NCBI GenBank assembly: GCA_035703635.1
Contig: DASSXV010000023.1
Location: 1 to 64,000 of the forward strand
DNA: 64,000 nt
Reading direction: 5' to 3'
Origin: Trueperaceae bacterium
Lineage (GTDB): Bacteria; Deinococcota; Deinococci; Deinococcales; Trueperaceae
In this document: positions 26,836-36,092 of the stretch, piece by piece
Numbering within the stretch: position 1 is the first letter of the stretch
Layout of the letters: each line of letters opens with the position of its first letter
Program-made: the position numbers and the translations under genes
The notes under the pieces: model-generated
What the model saw: only the letters and a program-made list of their open reading frames with translations
Databases searched by the model: none
What the model was told of the DNA's origin: nothing

Positions 26836-29097
26836 TCAAGCGGCTGCGCGGGTGGCCGTTGCCGGCGTTGAGCCGCGCGGGTTGCGTAGGAACACGAGGC
26901 AGGCGGCGGGCAGGAGCGTTAGCGACGCGGTCCCGACCGAGAGCACGGTGAATGCCATGAGCGAGCCGAGCGTGCGCACAGGCACGAACTGGCTGAAGAC
27001 CATGGCGAGGAAGCCCGCACCCAACGTGAGGGCGGTGAAGAGGATGGAGCGGCCGGAGGAGTGCAACGCTTGACTCATGGCGGCCTCCGGCTGGCGGCCA
27101 CTGCGGCGCTCCTCCATGTACCTGACCGTCAAGTGGATGGCGTAATCGCCGACGCCGATGGCGAGCGCGCCGAGGAGCATGGTCGAGAGGTCGAGGGGGA
27201 TGCCCAGGAACCCTAGGACGCCGTACTGCAGGGCGATGGTGAGCAGCAGGGCGAGGATGGTGACGAGGGCGGCGCGGAAGGAGCGTACGAACGAGTCGAT
27301 GATCACGACGAGGATGATGGCGAGCGACAGGCTGATCACGAAGTCGTGCATGAGAGAGTCTTCGATGTCGAGCTGCAGCAGCGTTGAGCCCGTGTAGCCG
27401 AGGGTGGCGTGTTGGCCCAACGTCGCCGCACCGGCTGCCTCGATGTCGTTGACGATGCCCCGCATGATGGCCGTCGACTCCGATTTCGTGGCGATGTCTA
27501 CTAGCCCCTGTTGCGAGTCGAGGGTGAGGTACTGGCTGACCTGCTTGGGGTCACCGGAGAGCTGATAGAGCAGGAGTTCCTGCGCTATCTCCTCGCGCGT
27601 GGTTGGGAGGCCGTCTACCCCAGTGAGGGTGTAATGGATGGCGCGTAACACCGAGGCTATCGACGTCGTCGGGCCGACGCCTTCGATGGTGGCCACGCGC
27701 TCCTGGAAGGCGAGCATGGACTGCAGCGTTGCTGGGTCGCTGATGTCTCCGGTTACGAGCACTTGAACTTGGCTCGAGCCTCCGAAGGCGTCTTCCACGA
27801 TGGCGTAGTCCTTGCGTAGCGGTGAGTTGGCGTTGAAGTAATCGATGACGGCGGTGTTCGGAACGATGCGCGTGGTTCCTACGATCGCGAGGACCAGGAG
27901 CAGGCCTGCCGCAACGAGGATGCCGTAGCGCCGGCGGTCTGCGAAGCGCGCGATCGCCTCGAGGAAACCGGCGATCATGCCTGGCTGTTCAGGGTCCACG
28001 ACGCGGCGCGGTGCCCGTAGCAGCCCAAGCACGGCGGGCAGAAGCACGAGCGCCGCCACGAGCGTGCCGAGCACGCCGCCAGCCGTTAGCAGGCCTAACG
28101 CCCTGACGGTTGGCATGCCGGAGAGGGTGAAGGTGGAGAGCGCGGCCGCGATGGCTAGGCCGGAGATCAGTACGCCGAGGCCCGTCTCCTTGCGAGCGGT
28201 CGCGATGGCCTGGTGCTTGTCCTTGCCGTGCGACAGCTCTTGGAAGAAGCGCCCGAGTAGGTGCAGCGAGAACGAGCTTCCGACGGCGAGGATGGCCACC
28301 GGCGCGATGACACTGAGGGTGCTCAGTTCGGCGCCGATCCAACCCATGACGCCAAGTGACCAGAGGAGTCCGACGAGCACGGTCATGAGGGGGAGGAGCG
28401 CGCCGCGCACGGTGCGGAAGTTGAGGTAGAGCATGACGAGGATGAGGAGCGCAGCGACGCCGCCGAGGAGCGGCATCTCGCGCGCGAGGGTGGCGCGCAT
28501 CTCGCCGTCGATGAGAGGGCCGCCGACGAGGTGAACTTTGCCCATTCCGGCGCCCTGCCAGTCGCGGTCGAGCGCTTCGCGGATGGCGCTGCTCAGTGCC
28601 GAGGAGTCGACGTCTCCCGAGACTTCCATGACCACGTTGGCGGACTTGCCGTCTAGTGCTACGAGCAGTCCGCCGCGGTAGAGGGGTGACGTCTCGAGGT
28701 AGTCGCGCGCGGCGGCCAAGTCGGAGGCCGTCGGGGTGGCGGGCAGGAGTTCTTCGATGACGAGGAAGCCGTCGTCGTCGAGCATGCGTTGCGCGTTGCC
28801 GGCGCTGGTCACGGCGGTGACGCCTGGAACCTTGGCGAGGTCGTTAGAGAGTTGCCGTAGCGCGGCGACGGCCTGCGGCGTGTAGATGTCGCCCTCGACG
28901 AGCGCCACCATGATGCCGTCTGCCCCGAACACGTCGGCGACCTCGCGCTGGAGCTCCGTGACGGTGCTGTTGTCCGGGAGCATGGCTGCCACCGAGGCGT
29001 CGAGCTTCAGGCGCAACGCCCCGAGCCCGAGGCCGACGGACACGAAGACGAATGCGGCGACGATGAGCCAATCGCGGCGGCGTTCGGACTTGGTCAT
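26836..29097 (-). CDS. MMPL/RND family transporter
   Basis: Duplicated 1+5 TM architecture with two large extracytoplasmic loops; 'GVGDYAIH'. Confidence 0.88.
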   Translation of the reverse strand: MTKSERRRDWLIVAAFVFVSVGLGLGALRLKLDASVAAMLPDNSTVTELQREVADVFGADGIMVALVEGDIYTPQAVAALRQLSNDLAKVPGVTAVTSAGNAQRMLDDDGFLVIEELLPATPTASDLAAARDYLETSPLYRGGLLVALDGKSANVVMEVSGDVDSSALSSAIREALDRDWQGAGMGKVHLVGGPLIDGEMRATLAREMPLLGGVAALLILVMLYLNFRTVRGALLPLMTVLVGLLWSLGVMGWIGAELSTLSVIAPVAILAVGSSFSLHLLGRFFQELSHGKDKHQAIATARKETGLGVLISGLAIAAALSTFTLSGMPTVRALGLLTAGGVLGTLVAALVLLPAVLGLLRAPRRVVDPEQPGMIAGFLEAIARFADRRRYGILVAAGLLLVLAIVGTTRIVPNTAVIDYFNANSPLRKDYAIVEDAFGGSSQVQVLVTGDISDPATLQSMLAFQERVATIEGVGPTTSIASVLRAIHYTLTGVDGLPTTREEIAQELLLYQLSGDPKQVSQYLTLDSQQGLVDIATKSESTAIMRGIVNDIEAAGAATLGQHATLGYTGSTLLQLDIEDSLMHDFVISLSLAIILVVIIDSFVRSFRAALVTILALLLTIALQYGVLGFLGIPLDLSTMLLGALAIGVGDYAIHLTVRYMEERRSGRQPEAAMSQALHSSGRSILFTALTLGAGFLAMVFSQFVPVRTLGSLMAFTVLSVGTASLTLLPAACLVFLRNPRGSTPATATRAAA

Positions 29098-29110
29098 GCG
29101 CTGCCCCTCG

Positions 29111-29126
29111 TGGAACGCTCGTTCCA
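29111..29126. promoter_or_regulatory. Putative TetR operator upstream of the MMPL gene
   Basis: Palindrome TGGAAC-GCTC-GTTCCA; the same core occurs upstream of tetR. Confidence 0.65.
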
Positions 29127-29186
29127 GTTGGCGTGTGGGTCGTTAGCGATGTGGCTCATGCTGCTGAAGGCCTCCTAGGCGGTTGG

Positions 29187-29792
29187 TTACTGGATTACCG
29201 GGTGTGGTCGGTGGTCGTCGAGGGCGTGCAACGCGATGGCGGCGTAGCCCTCCAGCGTGTCCCGGCGACTGGATACTTTAGCCACGAAGCCGAGGTTGAA
29301 GGCGCTGAAGAGCAAGTAGCGCGCGAGGTGCTCTGGTGGGTACGTATCAGAGATGTCGCCGCGTTCGGTCGCTGCCGTTATGAGGTTCGCGACCATGTTG
29401 ATCAGCTCGCTCAAGTACCGCGAGAGGAAGGCAAGCACGTCTGGCTTGCTGGCTGCCAACTCGATGGCGGCCCGCAGCGTGAGGGAGCTCGTGCCGCCGC
29501 CAGAGGCGAGTTCGTCGATCAGGGCGCCTAGCAGGTTCTTGAACTGGTCGCGGAAGGCGCCCGTTCCCGTGAGGAAGAGGCGGAGTTGGTCGCGTTCGAT
29601 CTCCGCGTGCGCGGCGAGCGCCTCCATGAAGAGCTGCTCTTTGCCGCCGAACGCCGCGTAGAAGGAGCTTGAGCTGATGCCAAGCTCGTCTAGCAGGTGC
29701 CGGACGGACGTGGCCTCGTAACCCTGCCGCCCGAAGAGCGCGGCGGCTTTGAGGACAGCCTCGTCATGGTCGAACTCCTTGGGCCTCGCCAT
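29187..29792 (-). CDS. TetR/AcrR family transcriptional regulator
   Basis: 'MARPKEFD', 'GYEATSV..L...LGISSSSFYAAFGGKEQLF'. Confidence 0.92.
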   Translation of the reverse strand: MARPKEFDHDEAVLKAAALFGRQGYEATSVRHLLDELGISSSSFYAAFGGKEQLFMEALAAHAEIERDQLRLFLTGTGAFRDQFKNLLGALIDELASGGGTSSLTLRAAIELAASKPDVLAFLSRYLSELINMVANLITAATERGDISDTYPPEHLARYLLFSAFNLGFVAKVSSRRDTLEGYAAIALHALDDHRPHPVIQ

Positions 29793-29805
29793 CAACGCGA
29801 GAATA

Positions 29806-29837
29806 CCACGTTATGGAACAAACGTTCCGTAACGTGG
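29806..29837. promoter_or_regulatory. Putative TetR autoregulatory operator
   Basis: CCACGTTATGGAAC-AAAC-GTTCCGTAACGTGG, an inverted repeat matching at 13 of 14 bp. Confidence 0.7.
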
Positions 29838-29857
29838 CGAACGCTGTTGGCTCGGCG

Positions 29858-30610
29858 TCAGTCGACGAGCTTGTGGCGCAGCTTCTCTAGCGTCTCAGGA
29901 GTCATGCCGTTGCTCTCGAGGTACGCGATGGCGCCGCCGAAGCGGGCGTCCAAGTGCTCGAGCGCCGGACCGATGAGATCTGGCGTTGCGCCAAGCAGGC
30001 GCGCGAAATCGCTGCGCTTGATGCCGCGCCCCTCGGCGTCCGCGAGCAGCCGTTGACGCAGTGGCTCGATGCGGTCGTGAGTGAGCGCGAAGTCCTCGAC
30101 GATGGTGGCACGGTCGACGCCGACGGCCTCGAGCAACAACGCAGCCACCAGACCGGTGCGGTCCTTGCCTGCCGTGCAGTGGAAGAGGGCCGCCCCCGGC
30201 GCGTCAGCCAGCAAGGTCAGGACGCGCACGAAGGCAGAACCCGCATGATCGAGGGCGCGGATGTAGAAGGCCGTGATGTCGAACGGGTCGGACGGTTGAG
30301 CGCCGGCAGCGTCGATGTGACCCCAGATCTCGACGTTCTGATAATCGATGTCGCTGTGGGTTGCCAGGCTGTTAGGGTCGCGCTCGAGTTCTTGCGGTTG
30401 GCGCAAGTCGATGACCGTGCGCAACCCGAGTTCGTGCAGGCGCTCGAAGTCGGCCTCAGCCAACTGCATGGGGATGTCCGAGCGGTAGAACACGCCCGAA
30501 TGGGTCTTGCCGTTGCCGACTACAGGCAGGCCACCGAGGTCGCGCGTGTTGAGAGTGCCGTTCAGCGCGATGAAGCGCGCATCGTGATGATCGTGGTTAG
30601 CGGTGCTCAT
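29858..30610 (-). CDS. Protein-tyrosine/lipid phosphatase (IphP/PtpB-like)
   Basis: 'NTRDLGG', 'VIDLR', P-loop 'HCTAGKDRTG'. Confidence 0.9.
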   Translation of the reverse strand: MSTANHDHHDARFIALNGTLNTRDLGGLPVVGNGKTHSGVFYRSDIPMQLAEADFERLHELGLRTVIDLRQPQELERDPNSLATHSDIDYQNVEIWGHIDAAGAQPSDPFDITAFYIRALDHAGSAFVRVLTLLADAPGAALFHCTAGKDRTGLVAALLLEAVGVDRATIVEDFALTHDRIEPLRQRLLADAEGRGIKRSDFARLLGATPDLIGPALEHLDARFGGAIAYLESNGMTPETLEKLRHKLVD

Positions 30611-30746
30611 TGTCCGGAGAGTCTACCGTGCCTGCTCGCGAGTCGGCACCGCCGCATGCCGTGAGCAGGTGTAGCATGCCACCACACGGCGCTACTGGCG
30701 CAGGGTCAGGTAGCTTGCCAGCCAACGGAACGCTAGGAGTGGCCTC

Positions 30747-31553
30747 GTGAAGTGGGAAGACACCGGTCGAAGTAAGAACCTAGAGGACAGGCGAGCTTCC
30801 GGGCCCGGCCGCGCCGCGGTGCCGCTCGGCATAGGCGGGGTGCTCATCGTCCTGGCCCTCAGCGTCATCACGGGCACCGACCTGTTCTCGACCTTGGGAC
30901 TTAGCCCAAGCGCCTCACAGACCCAGACCCCACCGAATCAGGCTGAGCTGCAGGCGCAGGAGCCCGAAGTGCGCTTCGTTTCGTTCGTACTTGACGACGT
31001 CCAGGCGTACTGGGCCGCGGTCTTCCAGGCGAGCGACCTGCAGTACGCGGACGCGAAACTCGTCCTCTACCGCGACGCCGTCCAGACCGCCTGCGGCCTG
31101 GCGCCAGCAGCGACGGGCCCGTTCTACTGCCCTGGCGACAAGACCGTCTACCTCGACCTGTCGTTCTTCGACGAGCTCAGTCAACGACTCGGCGCGCCAG
31201 GCGACTTCGCGGAAGCGTACGTCATCGCTCACGAACTCGGTCACCACGTGCAGGACCTTCTCGGCGCGCTAACTGGTGGCCAGTCCTCGAGCCAATCCGT
31301 CGCCACGGAGCTGCAGGCCGACTGCTACGCGGGCGCGTGGGCCTCCTCGGCAGAGAGCCGCGGCATCATGGAACGCGGCGACCTCCAAGAGGGCCTTACC
31401 GCGGCCTCGTCGGTGGGTGACGACACCTTGGCCAAGCGCGCTGGGCGCGTGCCGAACCAGGAGACGTTCACGCACGGCAGCTCCGCGCAACGCACGAAGT
31501 GGTTCGACACCGGCTACAAGACCGGCGACCCAAGCGCCTGCACCACGCTCTGA
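30747..31553 (+). CDS. Neutral zinc metallopeptidase (YpfJ-like)
   Basis: 'SKNLEDRR', 'GPFYCPGD', 'AHELGHHVQ', 'ELQADCYAG', 'FTHGSS'. Confidence 0.9.
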   Translation: MKWEDTGRSKNLEDRRASGPGRAAVPLGIGGVLIVLALSVITGTDLFSTLGLSPSASQTQTPPNQAELQAQEPEVRFVSFVLDDVQAYWAAVFQASDLQYADAKLVLYRDAVQTACGLAPAATGPFYCPGDKTVYLDLSFFDELSQRLGAPGDFAEAYVIAHELGHHVQDLLGALTGGQSSSQSVATELQADCYAGAWASSAESRGIMERGDLQEGLTAASSVGDDTLAKRAGRVPNQETFTHGSSAQRTKWFDTGYKTGDPSACTTL

Positions 31554-31606
31554 GCTGAGCGCCCGACCGTGCGGCTTGCCCTGCCACCGCCGCGTCCAAG
31601 CCACCA

Positions 31607-31636
31607 TTGACCCACTGCCAAGCGAACAACTATGCT
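31607..31636 (+). promoter_or_regulatory. Candidate sigma70-type promoter for the sugar ABC operon
   Basis: TTGACC-N18-TATGCT, followed by overlapping inverted repeats at 31637-31670. Confidence 0.45.
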
Positions 31637-31761
31637 CACTGTCAACGTCAATTTCGGACAGTGCGTTGACCACAGCGGCCGCGCCTACGTCCTGACGGGT
31701 GGCCGCAAGAACCGGTCCAACCCGGCTCATGGCCACCTCAGCTGGGCTCAGGAGGAACAAG

Positions 31762-33045
31762 ATGCTTAAGAGGTTCACTAAGTCTGCGGTGACGCTGCTC
31801 GCCATTCTGCTGATGGGGAGCGCGGCACTCGCCCAAACCGAGATCGTCTACTGGACGCACGAAGACCCTAACCGCACCGCGTTGGAAGAAGAGTTGATCG
31901 CTCAGTTCGAAGCCGACTACCCCGAGTACAAGGTCGTGCGCGTGACGAACCCGACCGACCAGATGTCGCAACTCGTGCTTGCCGCCTTCGCCGCCAACCG
32001 CGGCCCCGACATCTTCAACATGGACATCTCCAACGAGTTCCCGTACATCGTCAACGGCCGCGTGGCAGAAGTTGACGCTAAGGCCGCCGGCTTCGACAGC
32101 ACGCAAGCCATCTACGACGCCTACCTCCCGGGCGTGTTCGACCCCGTTACTTACGAGGGCGGGCTGTACGGCCTCCCCCTCGAGGTCACCAACTGGTCGA
32201 TCTACCTCAACATGGACGTGTTCAGGAGCGCCGGACTGGACCCCCTCACCGACTACCCGAAGACGTGGGAAGAGATGATGGACGTCGCCGAGAAGCTCAC
32301 CCTGCGCGACGGCGACATCATCACGCGCCGCGGTTTCGACTTCCGCTACCCTTACTACCTCAACTTCGTGGTTCCGATGGCGGAGCAGCTCGGCGGGCAA
32401 CTTATCTCTGACGACGGCAAGAGCGCCATCGTCAACGACGAGGCTTGGTTGAGGGTCCTCGAGTACTTCCAGCAGTGGGGGCCGAACGGCAAGAACCTCG
32501 GCTCGCCGACCTACGCCGCCGCTCGCAAGCTCTTCAACTACAACAACAACGACATCGGCATGATGGAGTCCGGCCAGTACCAAGCGGAGCGCATCGTGTT
32601 CGACAACCCCACCTTCCTCCCGGGTGAAGGCTGGATGGTCGTCCCGTTCCCGCAGTGGGAAGACGCCGTTGCTGACGTGGCCGAGCCGTACTACGGGCAC
32701 TACTGGCTCGTTAACGCCCAAGCCACGAGCGAGAAGCAGAAAGCCGCCTGGACGTTCCTTGGCTACTTGGCCGACCGTGCAGACGAGTTCTTCGAGCGCG
32801 TCGCCGTCCTTCAACCCACCCAGGAACTCGTGAACTCCGACCTGTTCAAGAACTCGCCATACTCCGACGTCTTCATGAGCGACCTAGCCAAGGCCAAGGT
32901 CGTCTATTACGCGGAGGACGCACCCCGCGTGCAGCAGGTCCTGAAGGACGCGGTCGAGGCCGTCATGCTGCAGGGCAAGGCACCAGCCGACGTACTCAAG
33001 ACCATGCGTGAAGGCGTAGAACGCGCCATCCGCGGCGAGTACTGA
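31762..33045 (+). CDS. Carbohydrate ABC transporter substrate-binding protein
   Basis: AGGAGG RBS, signal peptide 'ALAQ', 'GPDIF', 'PKTWEEM'. Confidence 0.88.
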   Translation: MLKRFTKSAVTLLAILLMGSAALAQTEIVYWTHEDPNRTALEEELIAQFEADYPEYKVVRVTNPTDQMSQLVLAAFAANRGPDIFNMDISNEFPYIVNGRVAEVDAKAAGFDSTQAIYDAYLPGVFDPVTYEGGLYGLPLEVTNWSIYLNMDVFRSAGLDPLTDYPKTWEEMMDVAEKLTLRDGDIITRRGFDFRYPYYLNFVVPMAEQLGGQLISDDGKSAIVNDEAWLRVLEYFQQWGPNGKNLGSPTYAAARKLFNYNNNDIGMMESGQYQAERIVFDNPTFLPGEGWMVVPFPQWEDAVADVAEPYYGHYWLVNAQATSEKQKAAWTFLGYLADRADEFFERVAVLQPTQELVNSDLFKNSPYSDVFMSDLAKAKVVYYAEDAPRVQQVLKDAVEAVMLQGKAPADVLKTMREGVERAIRGEY

Positions 33046-33054
33046 GCTAAGAGG

Positions 33055-33960
33055 GTGGCCCGTAAGGTTCCTGGCCTGACGGTGGCCACCAGAAGAGCGT
33101 TGTGGGGCTGGGTGTTCGTACTCCCAGCCCTCATCTACTTCGCCGTCTTCAGCTTCTACCCGATCTTCAACGCCCTCTGGCTAAGCCTTCACAGCAAGAA
33201 CGTCCTCTCACTGCGGCCACCGCGCTTCATCGGCCTGCGCAACTACCTCGACCTACTCAACTCGGGTACGTTCTGGAACTCGTGGAAGGCGACGGGGCTG
33301 TTCACGGTCAGCACGGCCGTGCCGCTCGTGCTCCTCAGCCTGCTCCTCGCCACCCTGATCGTCTCGCGGCTTAGGCTGCAGCGCTTCTTCCAGATGGCGC
33401 TTTACGCCCCCGCCGTCATCCCTGGGGTGGTAGCAGCGGCAGTGTGGCTACTACTGCTCGACCCGCGCGGCATCGCCAACCAGTGGGTGAACTTCGTCAT
33501 CGGCCTCAGCGGCATAGACCACAAGTGGCTGGCCAACCCCGACATGGTGAGGCTAAGCACCGTCCTCGTGTACTTATGGGGCAAGCTCGGGTTCTTCACG
33601 ATCATCTTCATCGCAGGCCTCGGGGCCATCCCGCAGAGCGTGAAGGAGGCGGCCAACGTAGACGGCGCCACCGGGTGGCAGCTCTACCGCCACATCACCC
33701 TGCCGCTCCTCAAGCCAACGACCCTGCTCGTCTCGATAATGGCCATGATCTTTTGCATGCGTACGTTCAGCACCCAGTACCTGTTCACGCGCGCTGGGGC
33801 GCCGCTCGAACCCATCAACGTGGTCACGCTCGGCATCTACAACACCGGCATCCGCGACTACCAGATCGGACTGGCGAGCGCCATGAGCATCGTGCTCCTG
33901 CTCGTCATGTTCGTGCTTGCCCTCGCGCAGTTCCGCCTGTCAGGCAGACAGGAGGCCTGA
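33055..33960 (+). CDS. Carbohydrate ABC transporter permease
   Basis: 'EAANVDGATGWQLYRHITLPLLKPT'. Confidence 0.9.
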   Translation: MARKVPGLTVATRRALWGWVFVLPALIYFAVFSFYPIFNALWLSLHSKNVLSLRPPRFIGLRNYLDLLNSGTFWNSWKATGLFTVSTAVPLVLLSLLLATLIVSRLRLQRFFQMALYAPAVIPGVVAAAVWLLLLDPRGIANQWVNFVIGLSGIDHKWLANPDMVRLSTVLVYLWGKLGFFTIIFIAGLGAIPQSVKEAANVDGATGWQLYRHITLPLLKPTTLLVSIMAMIFCMRTFSTQYLFTRAGAPLEPINVVTLGIYNTGIRDYQIGLASAMSIVLLLVMFVLALAQFRLSGRQEA

Positions 33961-34860
33961 ATGGCCGCCGGAACCCTACGCGGAAGGCGCGCCGCTACTA
34001 GCAGGGCAGTGCGCGCGCGTTCGCCCATGGAAGTCGTTGGCAACGCGGTTGGTTGGGTCGTGCTCGTCGTCGCAGTAGCGCTCGTGCTCACGCCCCTCGC
34101 CTTCATGTTCATCGCCTCCTTCATGCCAGCCAGGGACATAATGCGCATGCCATTCCCCTGGTGGCCGGAGAGTCTCTACCTCGACAACTTCTGGCAAGCG
34201 ATAAGGGGCAACGACGGCAAGTTCATCTTCCCGCGCGCGCTGCTCAACTCGGTGTTCGTGTCTGGCACCGTCGCGCTCACCACCGTGCTCTTCTCCACGC
34301 TAGCGGGCTATGGGCTGACCAAGCTGCGTTTCCGCGGCAGCAACATCGTTTTCCTCCTCATCCTCTCGACCCTGATGATCCCTTTCGAGACGGTCATGAT
34401 TCCGCTCTACGTGGTCGTCACCGGCATGGGGCTGCAGAACTCGTACGCGGGCCTCATAGTTCCGTTCCTCCTCAGCGCCTTCGGGGTCTTCCTCATGCGC
34501 CAGTCGCTGCTCACGTTCCCTGACGAGCTGATCGACGCCTCGCGCATCGACGGCGCTTCAGAGTTGGGCATCTTCTTCCGCATCGTCATGCCGAACATGC
34601 TGCCCGTCATGGCCGTCCTCGCCGTGCTTACTTTCGAGCAGCAGTGGGACAACCTCATCTGGCCACTGCTCGTCGTGCAGACGCCTGCGCTCAAGACCAT
34701 GCCGCTGTACGTCGTGCTGTTCATGGAGGAGAAGACGACCAACGAGGGCGCGATGGTGGCCGTGGCCGCGTTGGCGAGCCTGCCCATGCTCGTGATCTTC
34801 TTCAGCCTCGCCAAGTTCTTCCTAAAGGGCGCTAATGTGTTCTCGGCTGGCAAGGAGTGA
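33961..34860 (+). CDS. Carbohydrate ABC transporter permease
   Basis: 'ELIDASRIDGASELGIFFRIV'. Confidence 0.9.
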   Translation: MAAGTLRGRRAATSRAVRARSPMEVVGNAVGWVVLVVAVALVLTPLAFMFIASFMPARDIMRMPFPWWPESLYLDNFWQAIRGNDGKFIFPRALLNSVFVSGTVALTTVLFSTLAGYGLTKLRFRGSNIVFLLILSTLMIPFETVMIPLYVVVTGMGLQNSYAGLIVPFLLSAFGVFLMRQSLLTFPDELIDASRIDGASELGIFFRIVMPNMLPVMAVLAVLTFEQQWDNLIWPLLVVQTPALKTMPLYVVLFMEEKTTNEGAMVAVAALASLPMLVIFFSLAKFFLKGANVFSAGKE

Positions 34861-34897
34861 CGGCGTCTAGCTGCCGGGGCCGCCGCGAAAGGTCTAC

Positions 34898-35488
34898 ATG
34901 AAACTGTTCATCTTCGACATGGGCGGCGTGATGGTCGACGGCTTCGACGTGGTGCCCGCACTAGCTTCCGACCTCGACATCACCCCAGACGTCTTGCGGG
35001 CGGAGCTCGACGCCGCCGGAATGACGCCCTTGCACGACGGCGCCATCACGCCGCTAGAGTTCTGGCAGCGCTACGAAGTGCTTACGGGTAGGAGCGTCGC
35101 CGGTGAACCGTGGCGCGACTACTTCAAGCCCGTCAGGCGGCCGGCCATGTACGCCCTCGTCAGGCAGTTGCAGGACGCAGGCTACCGCGTGGTGGCGGGG
35201 ACGAACACCATCGACCCCCACTACGCCATGCACGAAGCCAACGGCGACTACGCCGTGTTCGACCACGTCTACGCCTCGAACCTGATGGGCGTCTCCAAAC
35301 CGGAGGCGGAGTTCTGGCGCCACATACTCGGCGCCGAAAGGGTCGCCGCCTCCGACGCGCTGTTCGTCGACGACCTAGCCGTCAACGTGGCCGGTGCCGC
35401 CGCGCTAGGGATAACGGCCGTGCAGTACGAGACGGCGGAACAAGTCAGCGGCGCCGTGTTGGCCACGCTCCCCGTGCCTAGCGCCTAA
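34898..35488 (+). CDS. HAD-family phosphatase (YihX-like)
   Basis: 'FDMGGV', 'GTNT', 'SKPE', 'FVDD...NV'. Confidence 0.85.
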   Translation: MKLFIFDMGGVMVDGFDVVPALASDLDITPDVLRAELDAAGMTPLHDGAITPLEFWQRYEVLTGRSVAGEPWRDYFKPVRRPAMYALVRQLQDAGYRVVAGTNTIDPHYAMHEANGDYAVFDHVYASNLMGVSKPEAEFWRHILGAERVAASDALFVDDLAVNVAGAAALGITAVQYETAEQVSGAVLATLPVPSA

Positions 35489-35545
35489 GAGTTGCCTTGG
35501 CCCAAGTCATGGTGCGGCTTGGCGGGGCGTGGGTAGGGTGCGGGC

Positions 35546-36031
35546 ATGAGCCAAGCATCACCTGACCAGGCCGCAGCCGCGCCTACTACCGTTACTCCGG
35601 ACGAGGCCGTCGCGCGCCTCAACAAGCTCTTCGATTCTGCCCTGAGGGCGCTCGGCGACGCCGATCAGCAGGACGCAGCATGTGAGCTAGCCGCTCAAGG
35701 CTGGACTCTACTGCGCCATTCGTGGCCGCGCGAGGGTGAGCGCCTCAACGGCGTCCTTCACTACCTGACGCGCACGGTCAGGCAAGCGCCTGCGAGGGCG
35801 GCCGCGGACGACACGCTGCTCGAAGTTCGCCACCTCATTCCGGCGGAGCGCCACCGTGTCATCTTCGAGACCTACTTCGCGCTGGCGTCTGGCAGCGCCT
35901 TCGTGCTCGTGAACGACCACGATCCGAAGCCGCTCTACTACCAGTTCGCTGCCGAGCACCCTAGTGAGTTCACGTGGGAACCTCTCGAGGAGGGCCCCGA
36001 AGTGTGGCGCGTGAGGATCGCCAAGGTTTAG
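35546..36031 (+). CDS. DUF2249-domain protein with an extra N-terminal helical domain
   Basis: C-terminal 'LEVRHLIPAERHRVIF...LVNDHDPKPLYYQF...GPEVWRVRI'. Confidence 0.8.
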   Translation: MSQASPDQAAAAPTTVTPDEAVARLNKLFDSALRALGDADQQDAACELAAQGWTLLRHSWPREGERLNGVLHYLTRTVRQAPARAAADDTLLEVRHLIPAERHRVIFETYFALASGSAFVLVNDHDPKPLYYQFAAEHPSEFTWEPLEEGPEVWRVRIAKV

Positions 36032-36092
36032 GCGCCACACGCGCCTCCTGCGCCTTGCAGGCCGGGCGTGGCCGGGGGAGTAGGCTGGCAGG

